In this document: positions 7,528 to 18,202 of the stretch, piece by piece
How positions within the stretch are numbered: position 1 is the first letter of the stretch
Layout: each line of letters starts with the position of its first letter
Source: an uncultured Candidatus Binatia bacterium
GTDB lineage: Bacteria > Desulfobacterota > Binatia > UBA9968 > JAJDTQ01
Direction: 5' to 3'
NCBI GenBank assembly: GCA_965213675.1
Contig: OZ243916.1
Span: 320,001-384,000 of the forward strand
Length of the DNA: 64,000 bases
Translations under genes and position numbers: made by a program
Notes under the pieces: model-generated
Told to the model about the DNA's origin: nothing
The model's database searches: none
Seen by the model: only the letters and a program-made list of their open reading frames with translations

Positions 7528-9831
7528 ATGCCCTACATCGGCTCCAGCGTGAAGCGCAGGGAAGACGTGCCCCTCCTCAGGGGCGCCGCCAGGTACGTCG
7601 GCGACATCCGCCGGCCGGGCATGGTGCACGCCGCGATCCTGCGCAGCACCCGCGCCCACGCCCGACTTTCCGGCATCGACGCCTCCGCGGCCTTGGCGCT
7701 GCCCGGCGTCGTGGGCGTGCTCACGTCGGCGGACATGCCCGGCCTCAAGACCATTCCCATGCGCACCAGCCAGTTGCCCGGCCTGGAGCGCTCGCAGCAG
7801 ACGCCCATCGCCACGGACCGCGTGCGCTACGTGGGTGAGCCCGTGGCCGTGGTGGTGGCGCAAGATCGCTACGTGGCCGAGGACGCGCTGGAATTGGTGG
7901 AGGTGTTCTACGAAGAGCTGCCGGCGGTGACCGGCGCCCGCGCCGCCATGGCGCCAGACGCGCCCCGGCTCCATGAAGCGGTGCCGGGAAACGCGCCCGC
8001 CGGGTTTCAGGTGGAGAGGGGAGACGTGACGCGCGCGTTGGCTGAGTGCGACCTTGTCATCGAGGAAACCTTCGAGACCAATCGTCATGCCGCGGTGCCG
8101 CTCGAAACCCGTGGCCTGGTGGCGGAGTACGACGAAAGCCGCGGCATGCTCACGGTGTGGGGTCCCACCAAGATGACCCACACCAACTGGCGCATTCTCT
8201 CGGAACTCAGCGGCTTGCCCCAGAGCGCGATCCATTTCATCGAGCCGACGGTGGGCGGCGGTTTTGGCGCCCGGGGCGAGTTCTACCCCGAAGACTTCCT
8301 GATTCCCTTTGCCGCCATGCGCTTCCGCGCGCCCGTGTGCTGGATCGAGGACCGCTCGGAGCATCTCAAGGCCACCAACCATTCACGGCAGCAGTCCTAT
8401 CGGGTGCGGCTGGGCCTCCGCAACGACGGCGCCATCATGGCCATGGACGCGGATATCCTGTTCGACATGGGCGGCTACACGCGCACCCACGGCGGCACGC
8501 CCATCGTGTCGTCATCCGCCATGCTCCAGGGGCCGCTGCGCATTCCGAACTACCGCTGCGAGATCCATTGCGTGCTCACCAACAAGACTCCGGTGGGCAC
8601 CTACCGGAGCCCGGGCCGTTACGAGGCCAACTTCGTGCGCGAGCGGCTCCTGGACATGGCGGCTCATCGCCTCGGGCTCGATCCCGCTGAGCTGCGGCGG
8701 CGCAACATGATCCGCCCGGAGGAAATGCCCTACGACCTCGGCCGGAACCCGTACCACTACAACGTGTACGACAGCGGCGATCTGCCGGGGCAACTCGACG
8801 CGGCCTTGCGCCACATGGACTACGAGGAGCTTCAGCGCCGGTGCGCGGCGGCCCGGGCCGAGGGCCGGGCCATGGGCGTGGGCATCGGCTGCTTCGTGGA
8901 GACCAGCGGCATCGGACCCTGGGAGTACGCCCGGGTGGAGGTGGGCAACACCGGCGGCGTGGTGCTCTACTGCGGCATCAATTCCGTGGGACAGGGCATC
9001 GATACCGCGCTGAGCCAGATCGTCGCCGACGAGATGAGCGTTGCCATCGACGAGGTGCGGGTGGTGCACGGCGATACCGCCAAGGTGCCCTACGGCAACG
9101 GCAGCAACGCCAGCCGCTCCACGGTCATGGGCGGCAGCGCCGCCGTGGGCGCGTGCCGGAAGGTCAGGGACAAGCTCCTGCGGCTGGCCGCGGCGGAGTT
9201 GGAGATCGACGCGGGCGATCTCGTGCTGGCGGACGGACGCATCAGCGCCAAGGGGGCGCCGGGGCGCAGTCTGGACTTTGCCGCCCTGGCGCGGCTGGCA
9301 CTGCCGGGACCGGCGCTGGCACGGGGCTTCACCCCCGGCATCTCGGAGGAGCACTTCTTCGCCACCGACAAGCGGCCGTTCCCTTACGGCGTCCATGTGG
9401 CCCTGGTGGAGGTGGACCGGGAGACGGGCATGATCGAGATCCTGGACTACCTCGTGATGGAAGACATCGGTCGCAAGATCAACCCCATGATCGTCGAAGG
9501 CCAGATGGCCGGCGGCCTGGCCCAGGGCATCGGCGGCGCGCTGCTGGAAGAGTTCGCCTACGATCAGGACGGCCAGCCCCAGGCCACGAGCTTCATGGAC
9601 TACCTCTTGCCCACGGCCATGGACATACCCCAGGGCCGGTTTATCTCCACCGAAAACTTCCCGTCGCCCCACAACCCATTGGGGGTCAAGGGAGCCGGGG
9701 AGGGCGGCATCACGGCCGCCGGCGCCGCCCTCGCCAACGCCGTTTCCCACGCCCTTGGGGTGGAGGTGACGCGCCTGCCGCTCAAGCCGGGCTATCTGCT
9801 GGAACTCATGGACGCCGCGGAGAAGGGCTGA
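7528..9831 (+). CDS. Xanthine dehydrogenase/CoxL-family molybdopterin-binding large subunit
   Basis: VGGGFGAR, active-site loop TYRSPGR, GQG, KGAGEGG. Confidence 0.92.
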   Translation: MPYIGSSVKRREDVPLLRGAARYVGDIRRPGMVHAAILRSTRAHARLSGIDASAALALPGVVGVLTSADMPGLKTIPMRTSQLPGLERSQQTPIATDRVRYVGEPVAVVVAQDRYVAEDALELVEVFYEELPAVTGARAAMAPDAPRLHEAVPGNAPAGFQVERGDVTRALAECDLVIEETFETNRHAAVPLETRGLVAEYDESRGMLTVWGPTKMTHTNWRILSELSGLPQSAIHFIEPTVGGGFGARGEFYPEDFLIPFAAMRFRAPVCWIEDRSEHLKATNHSRQQSYRVRLGLRNDGAIMAMDADILFDMGGYTRTHGGTPIVSSSAMLQGPLRIPNYRCEIHCVLTNKTPVGTYRSPGRYEANFVRERLLDMAAHRLGLDPAELRRRNMIRPEEMPYDLGRNPYHYNVYDSGDLPGQLDAALRHMDYEELQRRCAAARAEGRAMGVGIGCFVETSGIGPWEYARVEVGNTGGVVLYCGINSVGQGIDTALSQIVADEMSVAIDEVRVVHGDTAKVPYGNGSNASRSTVMGGSAAVGACRKVRDKLLRLAAAELEIDAGDLVLADGRISAKGAPGRSLDFAALARLALPGPALARGFTPGISEEHFFATDKRPFPYGVHVALVEVDRETGMIEILDYLVMEDIGRKINPMIVEGQMAGGLAQGIGGALLEEFAYDQDGQPQATSFMDYLLPTAMDIPQGRFISTENFPSPHNPLGVKGAGEGGITAAGAALANAVSHALGVEVTRLPLKPGYLLELMDAAEKG

Positions 9832-9969
9832 GTGCCGGCAACCCCGAATCCGGCGCTCTACGCGGGTGCTCGGTGAGCGTGGGATCATCCTGGCAGCATT
9901 GCTACGTCCATTGCATTGCTATGCCCATTGTATTGTCGTAGACATGAATCAGACGCTGGTGGGTGTCAC

Positions 9970-10761
9970 ATGGATGCGCTTGAACTACGGCAGCGTTTGG
10001 CGGTTGCGGCGAGTTCGTTGCGGAGTTGTCTGGAACAGCAGCAGGCGGCGGGGATCACGTTCCTGCCGGTGGGGGGGCGCGTGGAAACCGATGTTCCTGA
10101 TCGGTCGCCCACCGGGGGCCAGGGCGGTGAAGACGCCACCGCCGCAGCGCCGGGCAGCGCGGTTGCGGCGACGGCGACCGGGGGCCACGAGGTTGCGGCG
10201 GCCGCGGATCTTGACGCGCTGCGCGGCATCCTGGGCGACTGCCGGCGCTGCAAGCTTTCCCAAGGGCGCAACCGCATCGTCTACGGCGTCGGCCGGGCGG
10301 ACGCGGATATCATGTTCATCGGCGAAGGGCCGGGCGAGGACGAGGACCGGCAGGGTGAGCCCTTTGTGGGACGCGCGGGGCAGTTGCTTACCGACATCAT
10401 CACCAAGGGGATGAGGCTACGGCGCGAGGACGTGTACATTGCCAACGTGGTCAAGTGCCGCCCGCCGCGCAACCGCGACCCGGAGCCGGACGAGGTGGCG
10501 GCTTGCGAACCGTTCCTGATCCGGCAGATCGAGTTGGTGCGGCCGCGGGTGATCATCGCCTTGGGGCGGGCCGCGGCGCAGACGCTGCTGCGCTCCAACG
10601 AGGCGATCTCGCGTCTGCGCGGGCATTGGCGCGACTACCACGGCATCCGGCTGATGCCGACGTTTCATCCGGCGTACCTGTTGCGCAATCCGGGGGACAA
10701 GAGGCTTGTCTGGGAAGACATCAAGAGCGTGCTGCGGGAGCTCGGGACGGCGGCGGACTGA
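9970..10761 (+). CDS. Uracil-DNA glycosylase family 4
   Basis: CxxC Fe-[33 protein letters not shown]. Confidence 0.93.
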   Translation: MDALELRQRLAVAASSLRSCLEQQQAAGITFLPVGGRVETDVPDRSPTGGQGGEDATAAAPGSAVAATATGGHEVAAAADLDALRGILGDCRRCKLSQGRNRIVYGVGRADADIMFIGEGPGEDEDRQGEPFVGRAGQLLTDIITKGMRLRREDVYIANVVKCRPPRNRDPEPDEVAACEPFLIRQIELVRPRVIIALGRAAAQTLLRSNEAISRLRGHWRDYHGIRLMPTFHPAYLLRNPGDKRLVWEDIKSVLRELGTAAD

Positions 10762-10762
10762 C

Positions 10763-12106
10763 GTGACGCGCTTGCGTTCGCTGTTGGGGGTGCGGTTCTG
10801 GTGCGCGCTGCTGCTGGCGGCGCTGGGCGTGGGCGCTCTGAGCGCCGGGGGCGCCGCGCGCGAGGCCACGCCCCAGAGCGCCACGGGTTCCCATGTGAAT
10901 CTCATCGTCATTGACGGCGGCATCAACCCGGCGGTCAACGACTACATTCGCGACAGCATCCAGCGGGCGCACGCGGGCAACGCCCGCGCGCTGATCATCC
11001 AGCTCGACACTCCGGGGGGACTGTTGTCTTCCACCCGTTCCATCGTCAAGGAAATGCTGAGCGCGCCGCTGCCGGTGATCGTCTACGTGGCGCCCAGCGG
11101 CGCGGGCGCGGGCTCGGCCGGGGTCTTCATCACCCTGGCCGCCAACGTCGCCGCCATGGCGCCCGGCACCAACATCGGCGCGGCCCATCCGGTGGCGGGC
11201 GGAGGACAGGAAGTCAAGGGCGTCATGGGCGAGAAGCTCGAGAACTTCACCGCCTCCTTCAGCGAGACCATCGCCCAGCGGCGCGGCCGCGACACCGAGT
11301 TCGCCATCCAGGCGGTGCGCCGGAGCGTCTCCATCACCGACAAGGAAGCGCTGGAGAAGGGCGTCATCGACATCATGGCGGTGGACGTGAGCGACCTGCT
11401 CAAGCAGGCCCACGGGCGCGAGGTGGATGTGGCCGGCGCCATGCGGACGCTGGACTTCGACGGCGTGTCGGTGCTGCGCTTCGAGATGGGGCTCAAGCTC
11501 AAGGTGCTCAACGTCCTGGCGGATCCCAATATCGCCTACCTGCTGATGATGGCCGGCATCCTCGGCCTGTACATGGAGTTCTCCAACCCGGGCGCGCTTT
11601 TCCCGGGTATCGCCGGGGGCATCGCGCTGCTGCTGGCATTGGCGTCCTTGCAGGTGCTGCCCATCAACTACGCGGGACTGCTGCTCATCGGCCTCGGCAT
11701 GTGTCTGCTGGTGGCGGAGGCGTTCCTGCCGAGCTTCGGGCTTCTGGGCATCAGCGGCGTGGTGTCCCTGGGGCTGGGCTCCCTGTTGTTGTTCGATGTC
11801 GAAGGATCGGACCTCACGGTGGACCCGGGCATCGTGCTGGCGGCGGTGGGCACCTTGAGCGCGGCGGTGCTGGTGGTCACCTTCCTGGTGGTCCGGTCCC
11901 AGCGGCGCAGGGCCACCCTGGGCTACGAGGGGCTCGTGGGCGAGGTCGGCGAGGTGCGCGAGCGGCTGGACCGGAAGGGTAGGGTGTTCGTGCACGGCGA
12001 GGTGTGGAGCGCCGAGGGCGCGGAGCGGCTGGAGCCCGGCGACCGTATCGAGGTCGTCGGTCACGACGGGATGATTCTCAAGGTCAAGCGCGCCGTGGAG
12101 AGCTGA
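10763..12106 (+). CDS. nfeD: NfeD-family membrane-bound serine protease
   Basis: [25 protein letters not shown] bundle, C-terminal OB fold (GEVWSA); GTG start inferred. Confidence 0.9.
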   Translation: MTRLRSLLGVRFWCALLLAALGVGALSAGGAAREATPQSATGSHVNLIVIDGGINPAVNDYIRDSIQRAHAGNARALIIQLDTPGGLLSSTRSIVKEMLSAPLPVIVYVAPSGAGAGSAGVFITLAANVAAMAPGTNIGAAHPVAGGGQEVKGVMGEKLENFTASFSETIAQRRGRDTEFAIQAVRRSVSITDKEALEKGVIDIMAVDVSDLLKQAHGREVDVAGAMRTLDFDGVSVLRFEMGLKLKVLNVLADPNIAYLLMMAGILGLYMEFSNPGALFPGIAGGIALLLALASLQVLPINYAGLLLIGLGMCLLVAEAFLPSFGLLGISGVVSLGLGSLLLFDVEGSDLTVDPGIVLAAVGTLSAAVLVVTFLVVRSQRRRATLGYEGLVGEVGEVRERLDRKGRVFVHGEVWSAEGAERLEPGDRIEVVGHDGMILKVKRAVES

Positions 12107-12135
12107 TCGAGCCCGCGGCCGCGCAGGAGACACGC

Positions 12136-12900
12136 ATGCTGGATTTCGGACCCATAGTGATCGTACTGATCATCGTGGCCGGGTTGGCCGTCAGCGGCAT
12201 CAAGATTCTCAAGGAATACGAACGCGGCGTGATCTTCCGGCTGGGCCGGATGGTGAACTCCCGCGGCCCTGGGATCATCTACGTGATCCCCTTCATCGAA
12301 AAGATGGAACGGGTGGAGCTCAGGACCGTGACCATGGACGTCCCCTCTCAGGACGTGATCACCCGTGACAACGTCTCGGTGAAGGTCAACGCGGTGCTCT
12401 ACTTCAGGGTGCTCGATCCCAACCGCGCCATCCTCGAGGTGGCCAACTACCTCTTCGCCACGTCGCAACTGGCCCAGGTGACGCTCCGGAGCATCTGCGG
12501 CCAGGCGGAACTGGACCAGCTCCTGTCGGAACGGGAGCGCATCAACTCCGACATCCAGAAGATTCTGGACGAGCAGACCGACCCCTGGGGCATCAAGGTG
12601 GTGCTGACCGAGTTGAAGCACATCGACCTCCCGGAGGAGATGCAACGCGCCATGGCCCGGCAGGCCGAGGCCGAGCGCGAGCGGCGCGCCAAGATCATCC
12701 TGGCCGACGGCGAGTTTCAGGCCTCCCAGAAACTCCAGGAAGCCGCCGCCGTCATCGCCAAGGAACCCATGGCCATGCAGCTTCGTTTTCTGCAGAGTCT
12801 CCAGGAAGTGGCCGGTGACAAGAACTCCACCACCATCTTTCCGGTGCCCATCGACCTGCTCACGCCGTTCCTGAAGAAGGCCGCCGGGGAGGATACCTGA
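12136..12900 (+). CDS. Slipin/stomatin (SPFH) protein
   Basis: [35 protein letters not shown]; AGGAG RBS; canonical nfeD partner. Confidence 0.93.
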   Translation: MLDFGPIVIVLIIVAGLAVSGIKILKEYERGVIFRLGRMVNSRGPGIIYVIPFIEKMERVELRTVTMDVPSQDVITRDNVSVKVNAVLYFRVLDPNRAILEVANYLFATSQLAQVTLRSICGQAELDQLLSERERINSDIQKILDEQTDPWGIKVVLTELKHIDLPEEMQRAMARQAEAERERRAKIILADGEFQASQKLQEAAAVIAKEPMAMQLRFLQSLQEVAGDKNSTTIFPVPIDLLTPFLKKAAGEDT

Positions 12901-12929
12901 GTCGGCCGCTGATCCGTTCCCCGTAAGCC

Positions 12930-13967
12930 ATGCTGCTGGAAGAACTCGCCTACGACCTTCCTGAATCACTGATCTCTGCGTACCCGGCCGAGGGTCGCGT
13001 GTCCGCGCGCCTCATGGTGGTGGATCGCGCGTCAGGCGCCATCACCCACTCGCGTTTCGCGTCTCTCGGCGAGTTTCTGTCGCCGAGAGACCTGCTGGTG
13101 CTCAACGATTCCAAGGTCATCCCCGCGCGCCTGGAGGGGCGCAAGGACAGCGGGGGGCGCGCGACGGTGCTGCTGGTGGAGCCGTTCGATGTGGAGCAGG
13201 GGCTTTGGCTCGCCTTGGTCGATGCCTCCAAAAAGCCGCGCCTGGGGAGCCGCATCGCATTCTCCGAGACGGTCGAGGCGACGGTGTTGGGCGATCTCGG
13301 CGCGGGCCGGTACGGCCTTCGCTTCGAGCATCCTGGCGGGTTCCACGAGATGCTGGAAGAAATCGGCGCGCCACCGCTGCCGCACTATATCGAACGGCTG
13401 CGGCCCGTGGAGGACACGGACCGGGAGAGCTACCAGACCGTTTATGCCGCGGCGCCCGGCTCGGTGGCGGCGCCGACCGCGGGGCTTCATTTCACCCGCG
13501 CGCTCCTGGACGAGCTGGCTGCCGGCGGCATCGACCACGTGACCGTGACCCTGCACGTGGGCCTGGGCACGTTTCGCCCGGTACGCGACGCCGTGGTGGA
13601 GAACCATCGCATGGATGGAGAGTGGTATACCTTGAGCGAAACCGCGGCCCGGCGCATTCGCCGCGCCGCGGCGGAAGGAAAGCGCGTGGTGGCGGTGGGC
13701 TCCACCAGCACGCGCACACTGGAAAGCGTGGTCGCGCGCAAGGGCAGGGTCGCCGCCGATGCCGGCATCACGCGCCTGTTCATCACCGCCGGCTATCGCT
13801 TCCGCGCCATCGACGCCCTCATCACCAACTTTCACCTGCCGCGCTCCACGCCGCTGGCCATGGTGGCCGCGCTGGCAGGGCTGGATCTGGTGCGCCGCGC
13901 CTACACCGAAGCCGTCGCCGAGGGTTACCGGTTTTACAGCTACGGCGATGCCATGCTGATTCTCTAG
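12930..13967 (+). CDS. queA: S-adenosylmethionine:tRNA ribosyltransferase-isomerase
   Basis: YQTVYA, GSVAAPTAGLHF, TLHVGLGTF, TNFHLPRST, YRFYSYGDAMLI. Confidence 0.97.
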   Translation: MLLEELAYDLPESLISAYPAEGRVSARLMVVDRASGAITHSRFASLGEFLSPRDLLVLNDSKVIPARLEGRKDSGGRATVLLVEPFDVEQGLWLALVDASKKPRLGSRIAFSETVEATVLGDLGAGRYGLRFEHPGGFHEMLEEIGAPPLPHYIERLRPVEDTDRESYQTVYAAAPGSVAAPTAGLHFTRALLDELAAGGIDHVTVTLHVGLGTFRPVRDAVVENHRMDGEWYTLSETAARRIRRAAAEGKRVVAVGSTSTRTLESVVARKGRVAADAGITRLFITAGYRFRAIDALITNFHLPRSTPLAMVAALAGLDLVRRAYTEAVAEGYRFYSYGDAMLIL

Positions 13968-14089
13968 TCTTGCGTTCGGCATAGACGTTGACGAAGCTGC
14001 GCAGGAATTTTTGTTGTCGGCAAGGCGCGATGACGAGCACTGGCGTGTACCACGCGAGGCCTGCCCCGGAGCCACCTCGGACTGACACC

Positions 14090-15196
14090 ATGAAATTCAC
14101 CGTGACCCACACCCACGGCCGGGCGCGCAGCGGCCTTCTGGAGACCGCCCACGGCGTGGTGGAGACGCCGGCGTTCATGCCGGTGGGCACCCGCGGGGCG
14201 GTCAAGGCGCTGTCGCCGCGGGAACTTCGGGAGGTGTCGAGCCAGATCATCCTGTGCAACACGTACCACCTGTACATGCGCCCGGGGGAGGAGTTGATCC
14301 GGGACTTGGGGGGGCTGCATGCGTTCATGGGCTGGGACGGGCCGATCCTGACCGACAGCGGCGGCTACCAGGTGCTGAGCCTGGCGGCCATGCGCAGGAT
14401 TACCGAGGAGGGGGTGTCGTTCCGCTCCCACCTGGACGGCTCGTCGCACTTCCTCACGCCGGAGAAGGTGGTGGGCATCCAGCAGGCGTTGGGGGTGGAC
14501 GTGGCCATGGTGCTGGACGAATGCATCCCCTACCCGTCGAGCCGGGAGTACGTGAAGGCGTCCACCGACCGGACCGTGCGCTGGGCGCGGCGCTCGCTGG
14601 AGGCGCCGCGCTCAGCGGATGGCGCGCTCTTCGGGATCGTGCAGGGCGGGGTGTTCAAGGACTTGCGCGAGGATTGCGCGGCGCGGCTCGCCGCTCTTCC
14701 GTTCGACGGCTATGCCGCCGGCGGCCTGGGGATCGGCGAAGGGCCGGCGCTGCTGGCGGAGGTCGCCGGCTTCACCGCGGCACGGATGCCGGAGGACCGG
14801 CCGCGCTACCTCATGGGCCTCGGCAAGCCCGAAGACTTGATTCACGGGGTCCGCTCCGGCTATGATCTGTTCGATTGCGTTCTGCCGACGAGGAATGCCA
14901 GGAACGGCACGTTATACACCGCCACCGGAAAGCTCAGTATCAAGAATGCGGCTTTCGCGCGGGATCCGCGTCCCGTGGACGAAAGCTGCCCGTGCTACGG
15001 TTGTCGAAATTTTTCGCGTGCCTATCTTCGCCACCTCTACGTGGCCGGCGAAATCCTCGCGGCCTGCCTGAACACGCTGCACAACGTCTGCTATTACCAG
15101 AGGCTGATGACGGAACTGCGCGGGGCCGTTCGGGAGCGGTCGAGTCTGGAGAGCGTCGCGGGCGGCATATGGGATTTGCCCGACCCCGTGGCGTAA
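14090..15196 (+). CDS. tgt: tRNA-guanine transglycosylase
   Basis: TPAFMPVGT, NTYHL, TDSGGYQV, GIVQGG, PRYLMG, DCVLPTRNARNG, Zn site CPCYGC..H. Confidence 0.97.
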   Translation: MKFTVTHTHGRARSGLLETAHGVVETPAFMPVGTRGAVKALSPRELREVSSQIILCNTYHLYMRPGEELIRDLGGLHAFMGWDGPILTDSGGYQVLSLAAMRRITEEGVSFRSHLDGSSHFLTPEKVVGIQQALGVDVAMVLDECIPYPSSREYVKASTDRTVRWARRSLEAPRSADGALFGIVQGGVFKDLREDCAARLAALPFDGYAAGGLGIGEGPALLAEVAGFTAARMPEDRPRYLMGLGKPEDLIHGVRSGYDLFDCVLPTRNARNGTLYTATGKLSIKNAAFARDPRPVDESCPCYGCRNFSRAYLRHLYVAGEILAACLNTLHNVCYYQRLMTELRGAVRERSSLESVAGGIWDLPDPVA

Positions 15197-15254
15197 CGGC
15201 ATGGCCAGCCCGGATGACGGGCAGCCGTGGCACCGAATAGCCTTGGAGGAAACC

Positions 15255-15596
15255 ATGTGGGAAGTCGCGTACGCGCAGGCCGGAGGGGGGCCCAGCACCT
15301 TCGTCAGCATGTTGCCCCTGGTGCTGATTTTCGCGGTCTTCTACTTCCTCTTGATCCGGCCGCAGCAGCGCAAGGCCAAGGACCACCGCAACATGCTGGC
15401 GCAACTCAAGCGCAACGACGAGGTCATGACCACGGGCGGCGTGTTTGGAAAGATCCTGGGGCTGACGGATACCGAGGTGACCCTCGAAGTGGCCCCCAAC
15501 GTCAAGATCAGGGTGGGCCGGAGTTATATCGCCCAGCTTTTCCGAGTCGAGAAAACGACCGCAGCGACCGGGGCCAAGGAGGCCAAGGGCAAGTAG
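15255..15596 (+). CDS. yajC: Preprotein translocase subunit YajC
   Basis: FYFLLIRPQQRK, V.TTGGVFG; GGAGG RBS; position between tgt and secD. Confidence 0.95.
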   Translation: MWEVAYAQAGGGPSTFVSMLPLVLIFAVFYFLLIRPQQRKAKDHRNMLAQLKRNDEVMTTGGVFGKILGLTDTEVTLEVAPNVKIRVGRSYIAQLFRVEKTTAATGAKEAKGK

Positions 15597-15649
15597 GGCG
15601 CCCTCCGCCGGGTCTCCGGCGGCAGTGAACTCCGGTTGGGGAAACAAGC

Positions 15650-17233
15650 ATGCGTCAAAGTCTAGCCTTTCGTCTGGTCCTGTTGGTGGTCTGCATGGTT
15701 GCGGCCGGGGCGTATCTCGCTCCCAGCTTCGTGCAGGGTCTGTGGTTCCTGCCCGAGAAAGGCATTCGCCTCGGTCTGGACCTTCAGGGCGGCTCACACC
15801 TGGTGCTGGAGGTGGAGGTGGAGAAGGCGGTGGAGAACCGCATGAGGCGGGTGCGCAGCGGTCTCAGGGACGAGCTGCGCGAACGCAATATCGTCTTCAC
15901 CGGCCTCGAGGTCGGCGGCGCCGGGGAACTCGTCGTCCGGGCCTCGCCGGAGAACATGGAGCGTATCCGGGAGTTGCTCGTCGCCGAGTATCCGGTGCTG
16001 GATGTGTCCGGTTCCAGCACGGCCGCGGGCGGCGCCGAGTTGCGTGCAGAATTCACCGAGCGGGAACTCGCCAACATCCGTGACTTCGCGGTGGATCAGA
16101 CGCTGGAGACCATCCGCAACCGCATCGACCAGTTCGGCGTCACCGAGCCCACCATCCAGCGCCAGGGGCAGCGGGACATCCTCGTGCAACTCCCGGGAAT
16201 CCAGGATCCGGAACGGGCCAAGGCGCTCATCGGCAAGACCGCGCTGCTGGAGTTCAAGCTTGTGGACGAGCGCGGCGATGTGGAGCAGGCGGTGCGTTCC
16301 GGGCCGCCGCCGGGGCGCGAGGTGCTGTACGGCTACGAGGGCACGGATTCGTCGGTGCGGCGCGAAAAGATTCCCTATCTGCTGGAGGCGCGTACGCTGA
16401 TGACCGGCGAGGCCATTGCGGACGCCAACGTGCGCCGGGGCGACCAGCTCGAGGGGCTGTACGTCGAGTTGGCGCTCAACTCCGTGGGCAGCACCGCCTT
16501 CGACCGCCTGACTGCGGAGAACGTCGGCCGCCTGCTGGCCATCGTCCTGGACGGCCGGGTCTACTCGGCGCCCCAGATCCGCGAGCGCATCTCCGGCGGG
16601 GTGGCCTCCATCACCGGCAGCTACAACTTCCAGGAGGCTCGGGACCTGGCCATCGTGTTGCGCGCGGGCGCGTTGCCTGCGCCGGTGCAGATCCTGGAGG
16701 AGCGCACGGTGGGTCCGTCCCTCGGGCGGGATTCGGTGCGGCAGGGGATCGTGTCCTTCATCCTCGGAAGCATCCTGGTGCTCATCTTCATGATGGCCTA
16801 CTACCGCGGCGCGGGTATTTTGGCGGACGTGGCGCTGGTGCTGAACATTTTCTTCATGATGGCGATTCTCGCGGGTTTCGAAGCGGTCCTGACCCTGCCC
16901 GGCATCGCCGGCATCATCCTCACCATGGGCATGGCCGTGGACGCCAACGTGCTCATCAACGAGCGCATCCGCGAGGAAGTGCGCAACGGGAAACCGCCGC
17001 GCACGGCCATCGACACGGGTTACGAGCGCGCCATACCGGCCATCCTCGACTCCAACCTCACCACGTTCCTGGCCGGGGTGATCCTGTTCCAGTTCGGCAC
17101 CGGCCCTGTGCGCGGCTTCGCCGTGACCCTGTGCGTGGGCATCCTCACCACGGTGATCTCCGCGGTGTACGGAACACGCATCTACTACGACTATCGCCTC
17201 ACCCGGCGGAACTTGGTGCGGCTGTCGGTGTAG
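15650..17233 (+). CDS. secD: Protein translocase subunit SecD
   Basis: LGLDLQGG, RNRIDQFGV.EP, LRAGALPAP, VGPSLG, GMAVDANVLINERIREE. Confidence 0.97.
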   Translation: MRQSLAFRLVLLVVCMVAAGAYLAPSFVQGLWFLPEKGIRLGLDLQGGSHLVLEVEVEKAVENRMRRVRSGLRDELRERNIVFTGLEVGGAGELVVRASPENMERIRELLVAEYPVLDVSGSSTAAGGAELRAEFTERELANIRDFAVDQTLETIRNRIDQFGVTEPTIQRQGQRDILVQLPGIQDPERAKALIGKTALLEFKLVDERGDVEQAVRSGPPPGREVLYGYEGTDSSVRREKIPYLLEARTLMTGEAIADANVRRGDQLEGLYVELALNSVGSTAFDRLTAENVGRLLAIVLDGRVYSAPQIRERISGGVASITGSYNFQEARDLAIVLRAGALPAPVQILEERTVGPSLGRDSVRQGIVSFILGSILVLIFMMAYYRGAGILADVALVLNIFFMMAILAGFEAVLTLPGIAGIILTMGMAVDANVLINERIREEVRNGKPPRTAIDTGYERAIPAILDSNLTTFLAGVILFQFGTGPVRGFAVTLCVGILTTVISAVYGTRIYYDYRLTRRNLVRLSV

Positions 17234-17289
17234 CGCGGAGCAGGGGCGAGGCGGCCGCGAACTACGACGGATTGAACTGAGAAGACCAC

Positions 17290-18186
17290 ATGGAAATCAT
17301 CAAGCCGGGAACCCGGATACCCTTCCTGAGCTATCGCCGCTGGGGTTTCATGCTGTCGTCGGTGCTGATCATCGGCGTCGTGCTGTTGCTGTTCACGAAG
17401 GGACCGAACCTCGGGGTCGATTTCGAAGGCGGCACCATGGTGCACGTCAGGCTTCCCGAATCGGTCACCATCGGCCAACTCCGCGACGCGTTGCAGCAGT
17501 CGCCGCTGGGAGGTGTGGTTCAGGACTTCGGCGGAGGCGGCACCGGCGAGTACCTGATCCGCATGGAGAAGTCGGAGACGGAGATCGGCACCGTGGGCCG
17601 GGACATCCGCGCGACCCTGGATCAGTCGTTCGGCGCGGGGAAGTACGAAGTGCTTCGGGTGGAGTCGGTGGGTCCCAAGGTGGGCGATGACCTGCGGCGC
17701 CGGGGCATTCTGTCGGTGATCTTCGCCACCATCATGATGGGCGCGTACATCTGGCTCCGCTTCGAGCTGCGCTTCGGGCTGGGCGCCATCGTCGCGCTGG
17801 TCCACGACGTCCTGATCACGTTGGGGGCGCTGGTGGTCGCTGGTTTCGAGCTGGACCTTCCCATCGTCGCCGCGCTCCTGACCATCGCGGGTTACTCCGT
17901 GAATGACACCGTGGTGATCTGCGACCGCATCCGCGAGAACATGCGCAAGAGGCGCCGCGACTCCATGGAGAGCATCATCAACATCAGCATCAACGACACC
18001 CTCGGGCGCACGATCCTCACCACCATCACGTCGCTGCTGGTGTTGACGGCCCTGTTGATCCTGGGCGGCGGCGTCATCCGGCCCTTCGCCTTCACGCTTT
18101 TCGTCGGCTTCCTGGCCGGGCTGTACTCCACCATCTTCGTGGCCACCCCGATCATTCTGTCACTGGAACGAGGCCGCAGGCGGTAG
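17290..18186 (+). CDS. secF: Protein translocase subunit SecF
   Basis: LGVDFEGG, VGPKVG, ALVHDV, GYSVNDTVVICDRIREN. Confidence 0.97.
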   Translation: MEIIKPGTRIPFLSYRRWGFMLSSVLIIGVVLLLFTKGPNLGVDFEGGTMVHVRLPESVTIGQLRDALQQSPLGGVVQDFGGGGTGEYLIRMEKSETEIGTVGRDIRATLDQSFGAGKYEVLRVESVGPKVGDDLRRRGILSVIFATIMMGAYIWLRFELRFGLGAIVALVHDVLITLGALVVAGFELDLPIVAALLTIAGYSVNDTVVICDRIRENMRKRRRDSMESIINISINDTLGRTILTTITSLLVLTALLILGGGVIRPFAFTLFVGFLAGLYSTIFVATPIILSLERGRRR

Positions 18187-18202
18187 CCGCGGTTCTCGAA
18201 AG

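Noticed and set aside
7528-9831. Annotation as aerobic CO dehydrogenase (coxL)
   Set aside because: Lacks the AYxCSFR motif with the Cu-binding cysteine, and no cox accessory genes are present
9897-9930. 17-bp imperfect tandem repeat upstream of the UDG gene
   Set aside because: Two copies only; no assignable function
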